DNA from: Schizochytrium sp. TIO01
Taxonomy: Eukaryota > Protista > Bigyra: Labyrinthulomycetes
Length of the DNA: 64,000 nt
Direction: 5' to 3'
Assembly: GCA_004764695.1 (NCBI GenBank)
Contig: SMSO01000004.1
Span: 124,001 to 188,000, forward strand
Part shown: positions 58,253-64,000 of the stretch, one piece after another
Position numbering within the stretch: the stretch's first letter is position 1
Layout of the letters: the number at the start of each line of letters is the position of its first letter
Notes under the pieces: model-generated
The model's input: the letters and a program-made list of their open reading frames with translations, nothing else
What the model was told of the DNA's origin: nothing
Database searches by the model: none
Program-made: the position numbers and the translations under genes

Positions 58253-58827
58253 CTGATTCTACACGGTATAACTAAGCAGTTCCGTTAGACTCTTTGAGTC
58301 TATAGAAACTAGCTTTCTCAACTTCACAGACTCCACCAAGAAGAAATGAATTTATAACAAGCTCCACGGTCTTTACAGCGTCTTAGCAAAGTTTTCCGGT
58401 GGCTTCGTGGTTATATATTTGCAAACGCGCTCCTTGCAAGATCTCTACAATCGTGAGCTATAGACCCGTGTATCTCACTAAAATCTTAAAAAGACCGCTT
58501 GAGAATGACCTAGTTGGCCCGCAAAAGAATCTTCGCGAACACGAGCTCGTCTAGCGACTCTCCGTCACTGCGAGCAGTTCACGGTTCTCTCTCTGGTGGC
58601 GGTCCTGAAGGCCCAAACTTTGAAACCAATAGGCCTTTTTATTTGTACCTTAACGAGCTTAGAACTGGCTTAGATAAAAAGCATTTGAAAAGGCCTATAT
58701 TTAGGTTACATAGTTCGTTCAGTAACGGTTCGTAACGTGCTAACGACGGAGAGCTAGAGAAGGGAAGCAGCAGAAACCAAGTTTTTCTTTCTTGCGGGCG
58801 CTGCGTCTAACTTTTGAAGAGGGGGCA

Positions 58828-59367
58828 ATGAATGAGGACGAAGTGGAGCTGATTGCGGAACTCCGCGCGTTGCAATTCACTGTGGACAAGATGTAGGTTT
58901 TTGTTTCTTTGCTGTAGCGTGCGCGAACCCAAACTAAGAGCGGTGTGGAAGGTGATGGGGATTCAATTTGACGCTTGTACGAAAAGCGGATACGTTTACA
59001 GATATGCTTGTGCATAAACTAACTGTAAGAAGCAATGCGGCATATGCACTTGGAAAGCGCAGCGTGGTATCTCTTCGTTCGCTCACAGCAATGACAGAAC
59101 CTGGTGGAGGTTTTTATGAGGCCCAAAAGAGGGCAGCGAATGTAAGTGCAGAAAGATCTTTCACTTTGAAATGTGACTTCTAATATCATCACTTTATATC
59201 TTTTACGGAAAACTAATCATTTTAGAAACGGGCACTGATGGAGTATGATAAAGTCAATGAGAATCTGGGACACTTTGTTCAACTCTGCACGTGAAGCAGC
59301 AGAGCTACATGGTCATGATGAACAAGACAATCAAGATGGAAACGACCCAATGGACGCAGCAGATTAA
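58828..59367 (+). CDS. Small three-exon helical protein (tentative gene model)
   Basis: Exon 58828-58892 (MNEDEVELIAELRALQFTVDK); GTAGGT donor; CTAAC branch at 59019 with AAGAAG acceptor; exon to 59141; GTAAGT donor; CTAAT...TTTAG acceptor at 59225 (stop 59294) or alternative AAG acceptor at 59253 (stop 59367). Confidence 0.45.
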
Positions 59368-59930
59368 ATCGAGTATGACCATTGATTCCAATGAATGTTA
59401 TCAATAGCTTCAGAAGCAATATATGAAGAAATGAGAGGTGAAAGTATCATACCATGTGCGTTTATATTATGTTTAACACGCGTTACAGTGGCTCGAAGGA
59501 TACACATCTGAACTTGTGTTCAAGAAACTTCGCTTCTCAGTCTTGTCATCAAACTTTGAAACCGTACTGAACGCCTACATAATAAAAGAAAAATGAAACC
59601 AAAGACTTTGGAAAGTACGACTGTACTATACATTAAACAATTTTAGCACTCTTTCTGTGCCATGTTGAGGGTCTGGGTTATTCTCGATGAGCTAACATGG
59701 AGGAAAACAAACAAGTGGAGTAGACATAAAAAATATAATCATGATAATGCAAACAATTTGGAAAGGAGTGTGTCAGGCTTTTGAGGGTGAGACCATGCAT
59801 ATACATTGCGCATGGCCCGTCGTCTGAGAGAAGAAATGAGTGAATGTACTTGAAGGAAGCTTTGTATGCTCGATGACAAGCTTCGAGAAATCCTACAGCA
59901 GCATAAAGAGTCAGGGTCTGTTTCTCTACT

Positions 59931-60287
59931 CTACTGCGCAGGGTCTTTCTTCTCAGCAGCCTTCTTAGCTGCAATCCTCGCTGCGGTCTGCTTATCTGCC
60001 TCTGCCATGGCCTCTTGCACGGCGTTGTTGTACGCCTCTTCGCGACGCTTGAGGATCTCCTTTACCTTATCATCAAGAGCCTTTTCGAGACGCTTGATGC
60101 TTTCCGTATTGTCATGAACCAAATTGCGAAGCTGCTGCTGGCTCAACTCTTCACGCTGCCGCACAGATTTCTGCATCTTCGCAAGGCGTTCTTCTGAGGC
60201 CTGCAGCTCGCTTCTCACATTGAGCAACTTCGTCTTGGCCACCGGAATCTCCGCCAGCATTTTCATCGTCCGTGCCGCATTGCCCAT
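59931..60287 (-). CDS. Small coiled-coil protein (118 aa), MGNA start
   Basis: aagATGG start preceded by a TTTACAG acceptor-like site; Ala/Glu/Lys-rich helix with coding-like codon use. Confidence 0.7.
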   Translation of the reverse strand: MGNAARTMKMLAEIPVAKTKLLNVRSELQASEERLAKMQKSVRQREELSQQQLRNLVHDNTESIKRLEKALDDKVKEILKRREEAYNNAVQEAMAEADKQTAARIAAKKAAEKKDPAQ

Positions 60288-60972
60288 CTTCGCTCTGTAA
60301 AGAATTAAAGCAAGGCCTAACCCAGTTTCAAATCCCCCACAAGACACCAAGCCTTGTCGCAAGACCTCAGGCTTACTACACGCAATCCTTAATTGCTTTC
60401 CTGACTTTGCTTATTCATGCATTGTTTTTTTCACTCCTTCACTCATTCATTTACATAGCACTAGGTAGTACAGTACATTGCATTACACGAAGCAAGCTGC
60501 CATAGTGGAACGAAAGAACAGAACAAGTGGGACGAAGATGCCCAAGGTACTAGAAAATGTCTCTGTACCATAAAACAGGACACATGAGGACCAAAGCGAG
60601 GCTTCAGATTTTCATAGTCGTCTCCGCTGCGGAAATGAAGATGACAATGCGGGATCTAAGGCACGGCAAAACAGGATCGTAGCTTGGAGCGGCAAAGGCA
60701 GCGGCTCAGGTGGGTTTGGGCCCTGTAGCGCACGCTTTAGCAAGCCTGTTCAGACGTCGCACATCCCCGTGCTGGCGTTGACCTGAGATCGCACGGCAGC
60801 TGACGTGGCAGAGATCGAGCAAGCGAAGCGGATACTTGCGCCTTTATTAATAAGTTAGAGAGAATAAGGCACTAAGAAGAAGACGCAAGCTTCGAAAAGA
60901 CTTCGTTGAAGTCTGATATTGCAGACAAAGAGATTTGAGCAGAGTTGTCTGGGTTCAATATCAATTGGCACG

Positions 60973-62967
60973 ATGAACGTTCGAGCAAAACAACTTGGCG
61001 CTGTGGAGCGGATGCTGCGTCTCGAGTCTCCTATGGGAGCGACGGCACCGTCGAATGGATCCGGCGCGAATGGTACTCCGAATTTGAGTCAACAATGGAA
61101 AGTTCTCATCTACGATGAGGCGTGCAGAGATATCATCTCACCTCTCATGACCGTTGGCAAACTCCGCGAAAATGGAGTTACACTTCACATGCTGCTAGAA
61201 AGCCCGAGAGAGAGCATCCCGGAGGTACCTGCGGTTTACTTCTTCGAGCCGACTGAGGCGAATATCCAACGGTTTGTCCAGGACTGTGAAAAACAACTCT
61301 ACGATGCAGCATATCTGAACTTCAGCTCGCCCATTTCCAAACCCATGATGGACCTTCTTGCCCGGCGTCTAGTAGAAATCAACGCTGTAAGCCGTGTCGC
61401 CAAGGTTTATGACCAGTTCCTGGGATTCGTATCGCTGGAATCGTGCCTCTTCTCGCTTAACCTCCAAGACTCTTTCGCAAGATACAACAGCCCAGCACTC
61501 CCAGATACTGCCATCGAGGAATGCATGCGCTCCGTTGCAACTGGAGCCATGTCCCTTGTTGCAACCCTCGGGACGGTTCCTATTATCCGGTGCCCACCTG
61601 GCGGCCCTGCTGAAATGGTCGCCCGCAGTATTTGTGACATGCTTCGCAATTTAGTACAAGATCAAGGCAGTATCTTTGCGCAGAGTACTAGTCGTGGAGT
61701 CATTGAGCAACGTCCTATGCTGCTTGTTGTGGATCGTAGTATAGATATGGGCGCCCCGTTATTACACACGGCAGGTTACCAAACCCTTGTGGATGATGTC
61801 TTGGATTTCGGACTCAATCGTGTTCGTATTCCAGACTCTGCGGAATCTGATGGTAAAACCTCCTCTGCAGGCGCACCCAAAGGTAAGGTAGTAACTCTCG
61901 ATAAGGATACGGATAAATTCTGGGCAAAGTATGCTGGATCAATGATCTCCACGGCAGTTGAAACGCATAAACAAGAACTTGCTAGCGCCAAAGAGCAAGA
62001 AATGCGCATTAAACAGCAAACAGGTCGCGATTTGTCTTCCTTCCAAGACGGTGAGGACAGCGGAACCACATCCTTGTTAGGTATTGTGCAATCACTGCCC
62101 GAACTTGAGAAGAAAAAGGCCACCCAGCTTAAACACGCCGAGGTGCTTATTGCTACTATGGGCGTTGTCTCTCGTCGCAAGCTTCACATGTATGTAGAGC
62201 CAGAAGAGCAAATGGTGTTTTCCCAGTATGCTGATAAAAAGACTGTTTTGCAACTTGCATCAGACCCGCAATTGTCCTTGGAAGACAAGGTTCGCTTTCT
62301 GGCAGTTTACATTTTGTACACGTCTCCGTCTCAGCAAGATGTTGAAGAGGTTAAGCAAGCCATTGTTACATCTAGCGAGAATGAGAATCTTGAGGCAGCC
62401 AAACGCGAGGAGCTCATGCATGCGCTCGAGTACGTCCGTAAAATTCTTTCTCTCACACGATTTGGCGCCGGGGGGGCTGGTGCAAGCGATCCTGGTTCAT
62501 CACAGACGCAGCCAGGAGGCAACTTTTGGGACATTGCTAGCCTCACCAAAACAGCGCTGCACAACGCCAGCCGTCAAGTCAAAAGCATGGTGGCAGGAAA
62601 CAAGGTTATGGGTGCTGTCCGTCTTATGGACCTTGCCTGTCGCGAGGTCTCAACGGAGGCTCAAGTTGCTGAACAAGATCAGCAACTCTTGTACATGGAC
62701 CCCAAGGTCAAAGGCGAAGTCCCTCCTAACTCAAGGATACGGGCGGGATTTAACCGCGGCATTCTTTTCGTCGTTGGTGGTGGTTGCTTCTCGGAATACA
62801 ATAACCTGCAGGATTATGCCTCTGGAAAGCTTACGGTGAAGTCCTCTCTCCCGCTCGGTGTAACCTCTAGTTCTGCAGGCCGCGCCAATAAGACCTATAT
62901 CTACGGCTGCTCCGAACTTGTCAATGCTTCTCGCTTTATGCAACAGCTAGCAAAATGCATGAATTAA
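60973..62967 (+). CDS. SLY1: Sec1/Munc18 family protein Sly1 (SCFD1)
   Basis: WKVLIYD...DIISPL, LRENGVTLH, VPAVYF.EPT..NI, KVYDQFL.F.SLE..LFSL, GGPAEMVA, RPMLLVVDR..D, FVVGGG...EY.NL, YG.SEL. First ATG at 60973. Confidence 0.95.
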   Translation: MNVRAKQLGAVERMLRLESPMGATAPSNGSGANGTPNLSQQWKVLIYDEACRDIISPLMTVGKLRENGVTLHMLLESPRESIPEVPAVYFFEPTEANIQRFVQDCEKQLYDAAYLNFSSPISKPMMDLLARRLVEINAVSRVAKVYDQFLGFVSLESCLFSLNLQDSFARYNSPALPDTAIEECMRSVATGAMSLVATLGTVPIIRCPPGGPAEMVARSICDMLRNLVQDQGSIFAQSTSRGVIEQRPMLLVVDRSIDMGAPLLHTAGYQTLVDDVLDFGLNRVRIPDSAESDGKTSSAGAPKGKVVTLDKDTDKFWAKYAGSMISTAVETHKQELASAKEQEMRIKQQTGRDLSSFQDGEDSGTTSLLGIVQSLPELEKKKATQLKHAEVLIATMGVVSRRKLHMYVEPEEQMVFSQYADKKTVLQLASDPQLSLEDKVRFLAVYILYTSPSQQDVEEVKQAIVTSSENENLEAAKREELMHALEYVRKILSLTRFGAGGAGASDPGSSQTQPGGNFWDIASLTKTALHNASRQVKSMVAGNKVMGAVRLMDLACREVSTEAQVAEQDQQLLYMDPKVKGEVPPNSRIRAGFNRGILFVVGGGCFSEYNNLQDYASGKLTVKSSLPLGVTSSSAGRANKTYIYGCSELVNASRFMQQLAKCMN

Positions 62968-63608
62968 TGAGTGTAGAGTCATTTTTAGTTGTTTATCGCA
63001 ATCCTATGTTTACTCTTCATCTACTATAAACATTTAGATTTCTAAAAGACACAAGCAAAGCAATTTGCACTTACTTATCGAAAGATTTTTATTCTTTCTT
63101 TACAAATACATGTAATATTGACGCATTATTTTTTTCGTTCCCAAGGTTGAAAGTTTCAGAAACTAACAATGTGCATATCTTCATTTAGTTTCTAGTTGAC
63201 TAGTACTAGGGCCTAATACGAGTATTGTTATTTTCTTTAGATGCCTGGCGGATAAGTGGAATGAATACTACATGTAGCCTAGGTTGACTTATTTCGATCC
63301 ATTCCTAACATTTTGAATCCCAAACAATATTGCACATTTCAGAAAGAAAATTGTACACTATATCCCACAAGTTTATTTTCTAGTTTATTTTGAAATTACA
63401 CATGGATTACTGCGAAAGGTCGTGAATATCTTAATATAATGTGAGTAGGTGCCATACTGGTTTTCTTCACTGCTTCAATTATGAAAGTGAAAGTGGATTT
63501 ATATTCAAGCGTTTCATTCGAATGTATATAGAGTACCATTTTTTTTAAAACTTATTCTTAACAGTGAATACTGCATGGAGCTAGTAGGTCTAGTCACAGT
63601 ATTTCAAC

Positions 63609-64000
63609 TTATTGGTATTCCTCTCGTTCTAACTCAGCATTTTGCTCTTCAATCGACAGGGCGATTGCACCAAGGCCCTGGCCAACAAACAATTCGTCTA
63701 GAGCTCGGTTTCCACCCCAACCTCCATAAAGAATGATCTGGTCTGCGGCCATGGAGATACTCTGCCCATAGAGGTCGTCGGGGCAGTTGCCGAAAAATTG
63801 TGGAGAGAACCATTCTAATTTTTCTGTATCCAGCGCAATAATTCGGTCAGCCCGAATTGGATTTTTAATACGCTTTCCAACTCCATCATTAGCTTCAGCT
63901 TCGAGGCGCTTTCGCTTATCTTTACGCAGAATAAAACCTCCAATACAGATCATATATTTGCCTAGCATTGTTGAGGCAAAATACATGCGAGGATCAACGA
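63609..64000 (-). CDS. Kelch-repeat protein, C-terminal part (5' truncated)
   Basis: PRMYFASTMLGKYMICIGG...LDTEKLEW and YGQSISMAADQIILYGGWGG kelch repeats. Confidence 0.8.
   Translation of the reverse strand, partial: VDPRMYFASTMLGKYMICIGGFILRKDKRKRLEAEANDGVGKRIKNPIRADRIIALDTEKLEWFSPQFFGNCPDDLYGQSISMAADQIILYGGWGGNRALDELFVGQGLGAIALSIEEQNAELEREEYQ

Overview
Eukaryotic nuclear DNA, most likely from a thraustochytrid/labyrinthulomycete stramenopile. This is inferred from the mostly intronless genes, GT-AG introns, microsatellite-rich intergenic DNA and very GC3-rich highly expressed genes. Housekeeping genes: PRKRIP1, ARPC3, prohibitin (2 exons), peroxisomal Lon, ketol-acid reductoisomerase, RAD5-like helicase, SLY1 and the 3' end of a kelch protein. 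Most notable: (1) an ERAD-type fusion of an OS-9-like MRH lectin, an EDEM-type GH47 mannosidase and a PA domain; (2) a structured H/ACA-type RNA inside the prohibitin intron, with a pocket that appears antisense to a conserved SSU rRNA pseudouridylation site; (3) three co-oriented glycosyltransferase genes, namely two PGAP4-like paralogs and a bacterial-like methyltransferase+GT-A+GT4 fusion; (4) an accessory block at the left edge with a Crinkler-type PD-(D/E)xK nuclease ORF missed by the ORF track, a 24-bp repeat array, an ankyrin pseudogene and a possible hAT relic. All family calls come from motif recognition by eye; no searches were run, and rRNA sequences are quoted from memory.
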